DNA from: an uncultured Gemmatimonadaceae bacterium
GTDB lineage: Bacteria; Gemmatimonadota; Gemmatimonadetes; Gemmatimonadales; Gemmatimonadaceae
NCBI GenBank assembly: GCA_963817955.1
Contig: CAWFQK010000004.1
Span: forward strand, 256,001-320,000
Reading direction: 5' to 3'
DNA: 64,000 nucleotides
In this document: positions 42,253 to 52,031 of the stretch, one piece after another
Numbering within the stretch: the first letter of the stretch is position 1
Layout: each line of letters starts with the position of its first letter
Notes under the pieces: model-generated
The model's database searches: none
What the model was told of the DNA's origin: nothing
Seen by the model: only the letters and a program-made list of their open reading frames with translations
Position numbers and translations under genes: made by a program

Positions 42253-42336
42253 AAAACATTTCGGAGGCCCGGCGTCTCCTCAAAATGAGCACCGACCGGT
42301 GAGTAATGGCACGTAAGCTGTTATATTTCAACGCTT

Positions 42337-44826
42337 ATGGCCAATCGTAGCATACCCGAGCTCCTCGCCCCTGCCGGCTCCCTCGACGCCGTTCGCGCCG
42401 CCGTTGCCAACGGCGCGGATGCGGTCTATCTAGGCGCAGCCCGCTTCAACGCACGCGACGAGGGGGCCCAGCTCTCCCTCCTGGAGCTCGGCGAGGCGTG
42501 CCGCCTGGCTCACGAGCGCGGCAAGCGTATCTATCTCACGCTCAATGTCCTGATCAAGCCGGCGGAGCTCGCGGAGGCGCTCGAGTTCCTTGGCGAGGCC
42601 GTGGACATCGGCATCGATGCGGTTCTCGTGCAGGACATCGGGCTGGTTCGCCTCATCCAGCAGGTATATCCGAAGCTCGAGATCCACGGGTCGACGCAGA
42701 TGACGGTGCACGATGCATCGGGCGCGGCCCTGTTGCAGGAGCTCGGGGTTCAACGCGTCGTGCTGGCGCGCGAGAACACACTCGACGACATCCGTGCCAT
42801 TCACCAGGCCGTGCCCGCGCTCGAGCTGGAATCGTTCATTCACGGCGCGCTCTGTATTGGTTACTCGGGACAGTGCTTCATGTCCGGCATGATCTCCGAG
42901 CGGAGCGCCAATCGCGGATCGTGCGCGCAGTCGTGCCGCAAGGACTATGTCCTCACCGACTCAGCCACGCACGAGGAGCTCGACCGCGGATACCTCATCT
43001 CGGCCAAGGACCTCGCCGCGTACGACCATCTGGACGCCCTGGCCGAGGCGGGGGTTGGCTGCCTCAAGGTGGAGGGGCGCAAGAAGAAGCCGGAGTACGT
43101 CGCCATCGTCACCAAGTCGTACCGCCAGTTCCTCGACCGCGTCGAGCAGGATGCATGGGTGCCGCCGTCGGATGAGGAAGTGCAGCCGCTGGTACAGATC
43201 TTCAGCCGCGGCTTCACGGGCGGCATGTACGGCGGTCGCGCCGGCCGCGGCTACGTCACGCGCACCCAGCCCGACAACCGCGGCATGGTGCTGGGTACGG
43301 TGGTTGGACACGAACGCGGTGAAATGATCGTCGAGGTCAACGCGCCGATCCAGGTGGGCGATGGCCTCGGCTTCGAGGCACCGGACGCCGTAGGCGGGCC
43401 GACGACAGGCTTCAGCGTCGGCGCCGTGCGCACGTTGGGGACGCGTGGTGGCTCGTTCCAGCAGGCGATCGAGACGCGTACTCGCATCAGCGCCGGCTGG
43501 CGGGTGGTGCGGACATCGGAAGCGCAACTGTTGGAGCGTGCGCGGGCCACGTACGCCGCACTCCCCTCGGAGATTCGCGCGAAGAAGTCGAGGCTCGACG
43601 TGCGACTGTTCGGCGCGGCGGGCACGGGGCTCAAGGGTGTGTTCACGGCCGACGGTGAAACCGTCACCGTTCGGACGGAAATCGCGCTCTCGCCTGCGAG
43701 CAAGCGCCCACTCGACGTGAGCGTGCTCCGCGAGCAGATCGGCCGCGTCGGCGATACGCCGTTCGTTCTTGGATCGCTCGATGTGGCCGCGCTCGCCCCC
43801 GGGCTCTTCCTGCCGGTGAGCGAGCTGAATCATCTGCGCCAGCTTGCGGTGGAGCAGCTCATGACGCGCCGCGATTGGGCGCAGCAAGCCAGTCACGCCG
43901 AACGGCGGCGCCAGATCGACGACGCCGTCTCGAGCGTTCGGGTCAGCACGGAACATGACGCGGCCGCCGCCTTCACACTCGCGGCGCAGGTATACACGAT
44001 CGACGATGCGGAAGCCGCCGCCGAAGCAGGTGCGACTGAGATCTGTTTCGACCCGTTCCTGCGTCATCCGGCGCCGCCCAAGGCGCGCGTGCGCGCGCTC
44101 CAGGAAACGCTTGTGGCACGCGGCGTCACGCTGCGTCTTCGCACGCCGACCATGGTGCGCCCCGAAGAGCGCGCGAGCGTACAGCCCTGGCTCGACCTCG
44201 GACTGCCCATGCTGACCGGCCATCTCGGACTCATGGCCGAGCTGTCGCGAACAGGACGAGACGTGGTGGCGGACTACGCGGTGAACGCGTTCAACCAGCA
44301 CACGGCGGCGGAGCTGTTCCGGCTCGGCGCGCACCGCATCGTGGCCTCGGTGGAGCTCACGACGGACGAGCTCGCGCAGCTGGCGGCGCCGTGGAACGGC
44401 AACGGCTTCGACGTCTTTCTCTATGGCCGTCCGGAGGGCATGACCATAGAGCACTGCGTGTTGTCGGCGGCGTTCGACCGCGAGCCGACCACGTGCCGAG
44501 ACCTGTGTGTGCAGAAGCATCCCAACGTGGAGCTCACCGATCCAACGGGCTACAGCTTTCCGGTCGCGACGGATTCGGCGTGCCGGAACCGGTTGCTGCA
44601 CTCGCGCCCGGTGGAAGGCTCGGAATTTCTGCCGTCGCTCTGGCGCGCCGGAATCCGCGGGTATCAGATGGTCTTCAACGTTCCCGGCGACGACATTCGC
44701 GGCATCGTCGCAGGGTATCGCATGGCGCTCGACGCGCTGGCCGCCGGCACGACAGCGGACGTGGACGCCGTGCGCCGGATTGTTGGATCGACGTTCACCC
44801 GCGGACATTTTGCGCGCGCGGTGTAA
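42337..44826 (+). CDS. Peptidase U32-family protein, RlhA-like RNA hydroxylation factor
   Basis: PELLAPAGS, GADAVYLG, HGSTQ, ESFIHGALCIGYSGQCFMS, NRGSCAQSCR, LKVEGRKK; long C-terminal extension. Confidence 0.9.
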   Translation: MANRSIPELLAPAGSLDAVRAAVANGADAVYLGAARFNARDEGAQLSLLELGEACRLAHERGKRIYLTLNVLIKPAELAEALEFLGEAVDIGIDAVLVQDIGLVRLIQQVYPKLEIHGSTQMTVHDASGAALLQELGVQRVVLARENTLDDIRAIHQAVPALELESFIHGALCIGYSGQCFMSGMISERSANRGSCAQSCRKDYVLTDSATHEELDRGYLISAKDLAAYDHLDALAEAGVGCLKVEGRKKKPEYVAIVTKSYRQFLDRVEQDAWVPPSDEEVQPLVQIFSRGFTGGMYGGRAGRGYVTRTQPDNRGMVLGTVVGHERGEMIVEVNAPIQVGDGLGFEAPDAVGGPTTGFSVGAVRTLGTRGGSFQQAIETRTRISAGWRVVRTSEAQLLERARATYAALPSEIRAKKSRLDVRLFGAAGTGLKGVFTADGETVTVRTEIALSPASKRPLDVSVLREQIGRVGDTPFVLGSLDVAALAPGLFLPVSELNHLRQLAVEQLMTRRDWAQQASHAERRRQIDDAVSSVRVSTEHDAAAAFTLAAQVYTIDDAEAAAEAGATEICFDPFLRHPAPPKARVRALQETLVARGVTLRLRTPTMVRPEERASVQPWLDLGLPMLTGHLGLMAELSRTGRDVVADYAVNAFNQHTAAELFRLGAHRIVASVELTTDELAQLAAPWNGNGFDVFLYGRPEGMTIEHCVLSAAFDREPTTCRDLCVQKHPNVELTDPTGYSFPVATDSACRNRLLHSRPVEGSEFLPSLWRAGIRGYQMVFNVPGDDIRGIVAGYRMALDALAAGTTADVDAVRRIVGSTFTRGHFARAV

Positions 44827-44910
44827 GGCTTTTAAGCGCAAGAGTGCGGTGTAACGCTTTTGAGCGCGGGCGTGCGGTGTAACGCTTCCGTTGGCAAGCG
44901 CGCGGTGTCA
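44818..44910 (+). repeat. 28-bp tandem repeat (GCGGTGTAA core) x3.3 starting in the U32 stop codon
   Basis: GCGGTGT(A/C)A at 44818, 44846, 44874, 44902. Confidence 0.85.
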
Positions 44911-45101
44911 TTCCGAGCGAAGCGAGGGATCTACTTTTCATCTCGGGCAGCATGCTCCACAACCCGGCAGGAGATTCTTCGCTTTGCTCAGAATGACAGC
45001 ACGCTCAGAATGACAGCACGCTCGGAATGACAGCACGCTCGGAATGACATCACGCTCAGATCGCTCAGAATGACGTCGCGCTCAGATCGCTCGGAATGAC
45101 A
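44906..45101. repeat. REP-like 27-bp inverted pair plus tandem GCTC(A/G)GAATGAC array
   Basis: TGTCATTCCGAGCGAAGCGAGGGATCT (44906-44932) / AGATTCTTCGCTTTGCTCAGAATGACA (44972-44998), then three 17-bp and two 26-bp units. Confidence 0.88.
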
Positions 45102-45103
45102 CG

Positions 45104-47188
45104 GTGAGTGACACCGCCCACACCCTCGACGACGCACGCGCGGCGCTGCTCGAGCACTTCGGGTACACGTCGTTCCGGCCTGGACAGGAGGCGGCCGTCG
45201 AGTCCGTGCTCGCCGGCCGCGATACCCTCGTCGTGCTGCCGACCGGCGGCGGCAAGTCGCTGTGCTACCAGGTGCCGGCGCTGATGCTCCCCAAGCTCAC
45301 GGTCGTCATTTCGCCACTCATCTCCCTCATGAAGGATCAGGTGGACGCGCTCGAAGCGCGCGGCCTGCCGGCGACGTTCGTCAACAGTACGCTCACGTCG
45401 TCACAGATCTCTGATCGCCTGGCCCGTGCCGTGCGCGGCGACGTGAAGCTGCTGTACGTCGCCCCCGAGCGGTTCGACCTGGGCACCACGGCAGAACGGC
45501 TGCGCCAGGCCGGCGTGTCGCTGCTCGCGGTGGATGAAGCGCACTGCATCAGCGAATGGGGGCATGATTTCCGGCCGAGTTATCTGCGCATTGGTCAGGT
45601 GCGCGAGCGGCTTGGCTGGCCGCCGACGGTGGCGCTCACCGCCACCGCCACACCGCACGTCCGCACCGACATCGTCGCGCAGCTCAAGCTCGAGTCGCCT
45701 ACGACGATCATCACCGGATTTGATCGCGCCAATCTCACATACGGCGTGCTGCCCACCCGCACGGACGTCGAGAAGGATGACGCGCTCGTCCATCTGTTGA
45801 AGGCAACCGATGGGCTGGCGGTGATCTACGCATCCACCCGGAAGGCCGTCGAACGCATTGCCATGCTCCTCGAGCGCGCCCGGATTCCGGCCGCGGCGTA
45901 CCACGCGGGGCTCGATGACGAGCGGCGGCACGCCGTACAGGACGCATTCATGAGCGAGAAGGTGCGCGCCATTGTCGCGACCAACGCGTTCGGCATGGGG
46001 ATCGACAAGGCGAACGTGCGGCTCGTGATCCACTACGCCATGCCCGGCTCGCTCGAGGCGTACTACCAGGAAGCTGGCCGCGCCGGTCGCGATGGCGCGC
46101 CGGCCGCGTGCTATCTCCTGCACTCGTTTCCCGATCGCTTCACCCATGAGTTCTTCATCAAGGGTGCGTATCCGGACCGCGGGCTCGTCGAGGAGGTCTA
46201 TGACCTGTTGCGGCGCAACGCCGACGCGAGCGGTGCCGTGGACGCATCGCCCGACAACATCGCGTCGCGGCTCAAGACGAAAACGAGCGGACGCGAAGTA
46301 GAATCGGCGCTGCGGGTGCTGACGCAGGCCGGCGCCTATACCGTGTCGCCCGAGGGCGGCGCACGAGTGCTCGTGCGGCTCCTCGCCACGCCGGAGCGAA
46401 TCAAGCGCGAGCTTGGCGAGCAGGACGCGCTCGAGCTCGGATTGCTGCGCGCCATGTGGAAGGTCGCGGGCTCGGCGCTCAACGAAGGTGCGCCGATCGA
46501 CCTCGACGGGATGCCGCCCGGATTCGGCGGCGGCGCCGGCGCCATGCCACTCCTCGACAACCTGCAGTCGCGGCAATTCGTCTCATGGAAGCGCTGCGGC
46601 AGTGGTACGGCGCTCACGGCGCCGGGCAAACCAATCAGCGCCTTTCGCATCGACTGGGCAGTCATCGAGCGACGACGCAAGGCGGATTTGCAGAAGCTCG
46701 ACACCGTGCAGCAGTACGCCTACACCAAGGGTTGCCGCCGGGGCTTCGTGTTGCGCTACTTCGGCGATCCGGCTGCGCGCACGTCGTGCAGCGGTTGCGA
46801 CAATTGCCTCGGCACGCGTGTCGACGTGGAGCAGGGGGGCGCGCCCGACATGCACCGTGGGGCAAAGGCATCGCGAGGCAGACCACGTCGCCGCGACACG
46901 GAAGCCCCGAGCCGCCGAGAAGATCCGGACGAAGCGCCCACGCTCACGGGCGCCGACGAAGCGCTCCTCGCGCGGCTGCGCGACCTGCGTCGCACCATCG
47001 CCGGTGAGGCCCACGTGCCGGCGTATATCGTGTTCGGTGATCGCACGCTTGCGGAAATGGCCGTCCGGCGGCCGACGAACGAGCAATCCCTCGGACAGAT
47101 TCGAGGTGTTGGACCGGTTAAACTTCAAAAGTACGGCGAACAATTCCTCGAAGTCTTGCGCTCAGCCGACGATACGGAAGCAGCCTGA
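45104..47188 (+). CDS. recQ: RecQ-family DNA helicase with HRDC domain
   Basis: PTGGGKSLCYQ, VDEAHCISEWGHDFRP, ATNAFGMGIDK, YYQEAGRAGRDG, CRR...YFG...CSGCDNC, VPAYIVF HRDC. Confidence 0.95.
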   Translation: MSDTAHTLDDARAALLEHFGYTSFRPGQEAAVESVLAGRDTLVVLPTGGGKSLCYQVPALMLPKLTVVISPLISLMKDQVDALEARGLPATFVNSTLTSSQISDRLARAVRGDVKLLYVAPERFDLGTTAERLRQAGVSLLAVDEAHCISEWGHDFRPSYLRIGQVRERLGWPPTVALTATATPHVRTDIVAQLKLESPTTIITGFDRANLTYGVLPTRTDVEKDDALVHLLKATDGLAVIYASTRKAVERIAMLLERARIPAAAYHAGLDDERRHAVQDAFMSEKVRAIVATNAFGMGIDKANVRLVIHYAMPGSLEAYYQEAGRAGRDGAPAACYLLHSFPDRFTHEFFIKGAYPDRGLVEEVYDLLRRNADASGAVDASPDNIASRLKTKTSGREVESALRVLTQAGAYTVSPEGGARVLVRLLATPERIKRELGEQDALELGLLRAMWKVAGSALNEGAPIDLDGMPPGFGGGAGAMPLLDNLQSRQFVSWKRCGSGTALTAPGKPISAFRIDWAVIERRRKADLQKLDTVQQYAYTKGCRRGFVLRYFGDPAARTSCSGCDNCLGTRVDVEQGGAPDMHRGAKASRGRPRRRDTEAPSRREDPDEAPTLTGADEALLARLRDLRRTIAGEAHVPAYIVFGDRTLAEMAVRRPTNEQSLGQIRGVGPVKLQKYGEQFLEVLRSADDTEAA

Positions 47189-47195
47189 TAATCAT

Positions 47196-48410
47196 ATGGA
47201 CGACGCTCTCTATTTCTCCGAACAACACCTCGCGACGCGCGAAATGGTCCGCGAGTTCGCGCGTGACGAAGTGGCGCCCGTGGCCGCCAAGCTGGACGCC
47301 GAAGCGAAGTTCCCCTGGGAGAACATTCGCAAAATGGCCGACCTCGGCCTACTCGGCGTGCCGTGGCCCGAGGAACTGGACGGCGCCGGGCTCGATCTGA
47401 TCAGCTACATGATCGTGATCAACGAACTGGCAAAGGTGGACGCATCGCACGGGCTCACGATCTCGGCACACACGACCCTCGGCACGTCGCCCATCGTGAA
47501 CTTCGGCACGGCAGAGCAGCAGCGTCGCTACGTGCCGCTACTCGCCGCCGGTAAGGTGATGGGCGGCTTCGGGCTCACGGAACCAGATGCGGGCAGCGAC
47601 GCCGGCGGCACGCGTACGACGGCCGTTCGCAAGAACGGACACTACGTGCTCAACGGCGTCAAACGCTTCATCACGCACGGCGGCGTCGGTGAGATCTTCG
47701 TGGTCACGGCGGTCACTGACCCGTCGATGGGAACGAAGGGCATCAGCGCGTTCATCCTCACCAAGCCGACCATCGATCTCGAGGCCGCCAAGGCCGTCGG
47801 TGTGGGACATGATGCATCGCTGCCGGCCATGAAGGGATTCCGGTCAGGCAAGAAGGAAGACAAGCTCGGCTGGCGCGCATCGGATACGTGCGAGCTGATC
47901 ATGGAGGACGTCGAGGTGCCCGAAGAGAACCTGCTCGGGCGCGAAGGGCAGGGATTCACCAACTTCATGCGGACGCTCGACCACGGTCGCATTGGCATCG
48001 CGGCGTTGTCACTCGGTATCGCCGAGGGGGCGTTCGAGCAGGCGCTGCAGTACACATGCGTTCGCAAGCAGTTCGGTCAGGCAATCGCCACTTTTCAGGG
48101 CGTGCAATTCCAGCTTTCAGACATGGCTACCGAGATCGAAGCCGGAAAGCACCTCATGTTCCACGCCGCCTGGCTGGCGGAACATGGCAAGCCGTTCACG
48201 AAGGAGGCAGCCATGGCCAAGCTGTTCTGCTCTGAGCTGGCGATGCGCGCCACGATCAATGCGGTCCAAATGCACGGCGGATACGGCTACACGAAGGACT
48301 ATCCTGTAGAGCGTTACATGCGCGACGCCAAGATCTGCGAGATCGGCGAAGGCACGTCCGAGATCCAACGGATTGTCATTGCGCGGCAATTGATGAAAGG
48401 GTTGGACTGA
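47196..48410 (+). CDS. Acyl-CoA dehydrogenase (short/branched-chain type)
   Basis: FGLTEPDAGSD, NGVKRFIT, KLGWRASDT, RKQFGQ, QMHGGYGY, IGEGTSEIQR. Confidence 0.94.
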   Translation: MDDALYFSEQHLATREMVREFARDEVAPVAAKLDAEAKFPWENIRKMADLGLLGVPWPEELDGAGLDLISYMIVINELAKVDASHGLTISAHTTLGTSPIVNFGTAEQQRRYVPLLAAGKVMGGFGLTEPDAGSDAGGTRTTAVRKNGHYVLNGVKRFITHGGVGEIFVVTAVTDPSMGTKGISAFILTKPTIDLEAAKAVGVGHDASLPAMKGFRSGKKEDKLGWRASDTCELIMEDVEVPEENLLGREGQGFTNFMRTLDHGRIGIAALSLGIAEGAFEQALQYTCVRKQFGQAIATFQGVQFQLSDMATEIEAGKHLMFHAAWLAEHGKPFTKEAAMAKLFCSELAMRATINAVQMHGGYGYTKDYPVERYMRDAKICEIGEGTSEIQRIVIARQLMKGLD

Positions 48411-48489
48411 CCTAACTCATTGCCAAAAAGCCAGTTCGCCGGTTAATTAGTAGATAGTGACTATTCGTTTGTCTTCTCCCGCTCTGTAC

Positions 48490-48824
48490 CCACTCGGCGA
48501 CTCGAGTCCGGGCACGAGCGTGTCGCGCGCTCTCACGGTCAATGCTGTCTTGGCCGTGCTTGGTGCGCTCGTCCTGCTTCCGGTGCACGGCCTGTCTATC
48601 TTGGCCGATCGCACGTCTCTCCGCACCCTGCTGGACCCGGTGAGGACCACACGGTCCAAGCCTGCGCGCAGTCGCGCATCCCAGCCGGAGAGGGCGTGGT
48701 CGATCACACGGATGTTTCGGACATTCCTCTCGCGTGCTGCCGTGAACGACGTGCATCCGACACGGCGCGCTCTACACCTTCTCATTTCCGTCACGCCCCT
48801 CCCGCTGAGTCGCCGGGAGTTGGG
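48490..48824 (+). ncRNA. Candidate structured 5' leader of rne/rng
   Basis: 430-nt spacer with nested complementary segments (48495-48503/48807-48815, 48519-48525/48758-48764, 48534-48542/48550-48558). Confidence 0.5.
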
Positions 48825-48840
48825 ATGGTGCCGGACACCG

Positions 48841-50409
48841 ATGAAACGAGAAATTCTGATCAACGCGAATCCGCGGGAAACGCGGGTCGCCATCATCGAG
48901 GACGACCAGCTCGTTGAACTTCTGGTCGACCGTCCCGAGACGCGCCGGATGGTCGGCGACATTTATCTCGGACGGGTGGAAGCCGTGCTCCCCGGCATTC
49001 AGGCAGCGTTCGTCGACATAGGAACGGAGAAGAGCGCGTTCCTGCACGCGTCTGATCTCGTCTATCCCGAAGACGAAGCCGACGCCGATCATGACGACGA
49101 CAATGACGACGAGGACGACGAGGCGGATGCCGGCGGCGCAGGTCGCCGCCGCCGCGCCAAAGCGCCGGCCATTCAGGATGTCCTGAAGCGCGGCCAGGAC
49201 CTCCTCGTCCAGGTCTCCAAGGAACCCATCTCGACGAAGGGACCGCGCGTCACCGCGCAGGTCTCCCTCGCGGGCCGCTTCCTGGTCTACATGCCGTTCG
49301 CTCGAACGCGTCGGCGTGAGCCGCAAGATCGGCGATCGTGCAGAGCCGCAAACGCTTGCGTGGCCAGGTCGAGGCCGTTCTCCCCAAGGACGCCGGCGGC
49401 GTCATCGTTCGCACCGTGGGCGAGGACGTCACTCAGGAAACGCTCGAACGCGAGTTGACCACGCTCATCGGCCAGTGGAAGCGGATCAAGCGGAAGACGC
49501 ATTTCGTCCGTTCGCCGTCGCTCATCCATCGCGAGACGAGCCTGACGCGCGGCCTCATGCGCGACGTGTTCAGCGACGAAGGTGGAGCAGGTGACGGTGG
49601 ACTCGAAGCAGGTCTACAACGAGATCGTCGAGTACCTGAAGGGAATCGCACCCGAGCTGATCGACCGCATCAAGCTGTACGAGGACGTCACGCCACTGTT
49701 CGACAAGGCGAACATCGAGCAGGAGATCCGCGATCTGTTCAAGCGGCGCTGCGATCTCCCGTCGGGCGGTTATCTGATCATCGAGCCGACCGAAGCGCTC
49801 GTGTCCGTCGACGTGAACTCGGGCCGCTACACCGGCAAGAAGGACCCGGAAAAGACGATCTTCAAGACGAACCTCGAGGCGGCGCGCGAAGTGGCCCGCC
49901 AGGCACGGCTTCGGGATCTGGGCGGCATCATCGTCTGCGACTTCATCGACATGGAGACGAAGGCGAATCGGGACAAGGTGCTACAGGAGCTACGCACCCA
50001 CCTCGGCCGCGACCGCGCCCGCACGAAGGCATTCGCCGTGAGCGACCTCGGATTGATCGAGATGACTCGGCAGCGCGTACGGCAGAGTCATCTGCAGAAC
50101 ATGACCGAGGCGTGCCCCACGTGCCGCGGCACCGGCCGCGTCTTCACGGCCGAGACGATCGCGCGTCGAATGGAACGGTCAGTTCGCCGGGTCGGGCTGG
50201 AAGGGAAGCGCGATCCCCTGGTGATTCGCGTGCACCCGGACGTCGCGATGTACGTGCTCGAGAACGAAAAGGATCTGATGAAGAAGCTGGAGAAGGCGGT
50301 GAACTTCACCCTCGAGCTTCGCGACGACCCGCTGCTCAATCCGGACGAATTCAAGCTGGTGGTAAAGTCGGCGGGGAGGGATGTAACACAGCAGTATGCT
50401 GTCGCTTAG
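48841..50409 (+). CDS. Rne/Rng family ribonuclease, frameshifts near 49300-49340 and 49580
   Basis: MKREILINANPRETRVAI, GIQAAFVDIG, QVSKEPISTKGPR, GGVIVRT, EALVSVDVNSG, RDLGGIIVCDFIDM, CPTCRGTG zinc link. Confidence 0.93.
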
Positions 50410-50417
50410 TAAGACGT

Positions 50418-50785
50418 TAACTACGCCAACTCCCTAACTACGCCAACTCCCTAACGGCGCTGACTCCCTAACTGCGCTAACTCCCTAACGGCGCTGACTC
50501 CCTGACTGCGGCTTACTGCGGCTCTTACTGCGGCTTACTGCGGATTACGGCGGGGCTCCCCACCGTTGCCGGCGGTGAAATCGGGACTCGTACTCGGTGC
50601 TCGACCGAATGTCCCGCGGGTGAGACGACGAGGTGGCGGGGAAGAAGACGAGGTGAAGGATCCGTCGTAAGCCGTCGTAAGCCGTCGTAAGCCGCAGTCA
50701 GGGAGTCAGCGCCGTCAGGGAGTTAGCGCAGTTAGGGAGTCAGCGCCGTTAGGGAGTTGGCGTAGTTAGGGAGTCAGCGCACTTA
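50418..50785. repeat. Palindromic element: mirror-image arms of 17-bp and 10-bp tandem repeats around a ~105-nt core
   Basis: Left units TAACnnCGCnnACTCCC x5 then TTACTGCGGC-type units; right arm is the reverse complement with the unit variants in mirrored order. Confidence 0.93.
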
Positions 50786-50806
50786 GCAGTTCGCGCCTTT
50801 ATGACG

Positions 50807-50835
50807 TTGACATAAGGTATGGCAATCCCTAACTT
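50807..50835 (+). promoter_or_regulatory. Sigma70 promoter of rplU-rpmA
   Basis: TTGACA (50807-50812), 17 nt, TAACTT (50830-50835). Confidence 0.7.
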
Positions 50836-50871
50836 TATAGGCTCACCGCACCACGCAACCGAGTCCTTTTC

Positions 50872-51189
50872 ATGCCTTACGCAATCATCAAAACCGGCGG
50901 CAAGCAGTTCCGTGTCGAACCGGGTCGTACGTACAAGATCCCGTCGCTCGTCGGCGAAGCCGGCGGCACGATCGAGTTCAATGACGTCCTCCTCGGGAAC
51001 GACGGAAACACCGTCAAGACCGGCGTGCCGTCACTGAGCGGCGCGAAGGTGACCGGCGAGATCGTTCGCCATGGTCGCGGTGACAAGATCATCGTCTTCA
51101 AGCAGAAGCGCCGGAAGAACTACTCGAACAAGCGTGGTCACCGGCAGGGCTTCACTGAAGTCCGTATCAACGACATCTCCCTCGGCTGA
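50872..51189 (+). CDS. rplU: 50S ribosomal protein L21
   Basis: [26 protein letters not shown]...GHRQ. Confidence 0.98.
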   Translation: MPYAIIKTGGKQFRVEPGRTYKIPSLVGEAGGTIEFNDVLLGNDGNTVKTGVPSLSGAKVTGEIVRHGRGDKIIVFKQKRRKNYSNKRGHRQGFTEVRINDISLG

Positions 51190-51201
51190 GCGAGGTACCT
51201 A

Positions 51202-51489
51202 ATGGCACATAAAAAGGGCGTCGGCTCCTCGCGCAACGGCCGCGATTCCAATCCGAAGTACCGCGGCATCAAGAAGTACGGCGGCGAGAGGGTGGTAGCC
51301 GGCAACATCATCGTTCGTCAGTGCGGTACGCGCTGGCACCCTGGCAAGAACGTCGGCCTCGGCACGGACTACACGATCTACGCCCTCGTTGACGGCGTCG
51401 TGAAGTTCGAGCACAAGAGCAAGGCTCGCTACAAGGTCAGCGTCTATCCGCCGCAGGCCGTCGAGGCCAAAGCGACGACCGCCGCCTAA
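51202..51489 (+). CDS. rpmA: 50S ribosomal protein L27
   Basis: [33 protein letters not shown]. Confidence 0.98.
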   Translation: MAHKKGVGSSRNGRDSNPKYRGIKKYGGERVVAGNIIVRQCGTRWHPGKNVGLGTDYTIYALVDGVVKFEHKSKARYKVSVYPPQAVEAKATTAA

Positions 51490-51518
51490 CGCAGAGCGCA
51501 GTACACGCAACAGGAACG

Positions 51519-51549
51519 AGGGCCCCGTGATTCACGGGGCCCTTTTCTT
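51519..51549 (+). terminator. Rho-independent terminator
   Basis: AGGGCCCCGTG-ATT-CACGGGGCCCT followed by TTTCTT. Confidence 0.85.
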
Positions 51550-51687
51550 GTGATGCGTCCCCGAGTTCCATTGCCCATCGCCACCTCCATCGAGCATTCT
51601 CCCGACAAAAGAGGGTGCGGAACACCCCGTGCAGGCATCGGTCGGGCAGCATACTGTTAGGACCAACTCAAGATCGGAGATGCGGCG

Positions 51688-52026
51688 ATGGCATTGCTCG
51701 AACGGTTACGCCAAGAGCTGGATCGGGCTGGACGCTCGGCACAGCGCGCGCTGGACGAGGGACGCATCCGACTGGACCTGTTTCGCGCCCGTCAGTCCGT
51801 CGATCGCTTCGCGCAGCGACTCGGTTACGCGGTGTACCGGGCGCGGAAAACTGGAGGAGATCTGCCCGCCGAGGAGTACGCGTCGTTCATGAGCAACCTC
51901 AGCGCGGCTGAAGCCGAGGTCACGCGGCTCGAGACGCTTGCTGCAGAGGCCGCGCGGGGCCGCACCAGGTCGACTGCCACGCCGCCGTCGCCATCGGCTC
52001 CAACGCCGCCAATGCCGCCCATCTGA
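51688..52026 (+). CDS. Hypothetical helical protein
   Basis: GGAG upstream, 112 aa amphipathic helices, Pro-rich tail. Confidence 0.65.
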   Translation: MALLERLRQELDRAGRSAQRALDEGRIRLDLFRARQSVDRFAQRLGYAVYRARKTGGDLPAEEYASFMSNLSAAEAEVTRLETLAAEAARGRTRSTATPPSPSAPTPPMPPI

Positions 52027-52031
52027 GGCGT

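Noticed and set aside
44818..45101. CRISPR array
   Set aside because: Units are directly tandem or have near-identical short spacers, periods are only 17-28 bp, and no cas genes are in the window.
46413..47195. N-terminal extension of the acyl-CoA dehydrogenase ORF (similar extensions for trpB, trpF, psd, lexA and the barrel protein)
   Set aside because: Extensions overlap upstream genes in another frame or non-coding spacers; family similarity starts at the downstream start codons used here.
50418..50785. CRISPR array, or SRP/6S/tmRNA gene
   Set aside because: No unique spacers; the core lacks recognisable SRP or tmRNA signatures by eye. An Rfam search is still needed.
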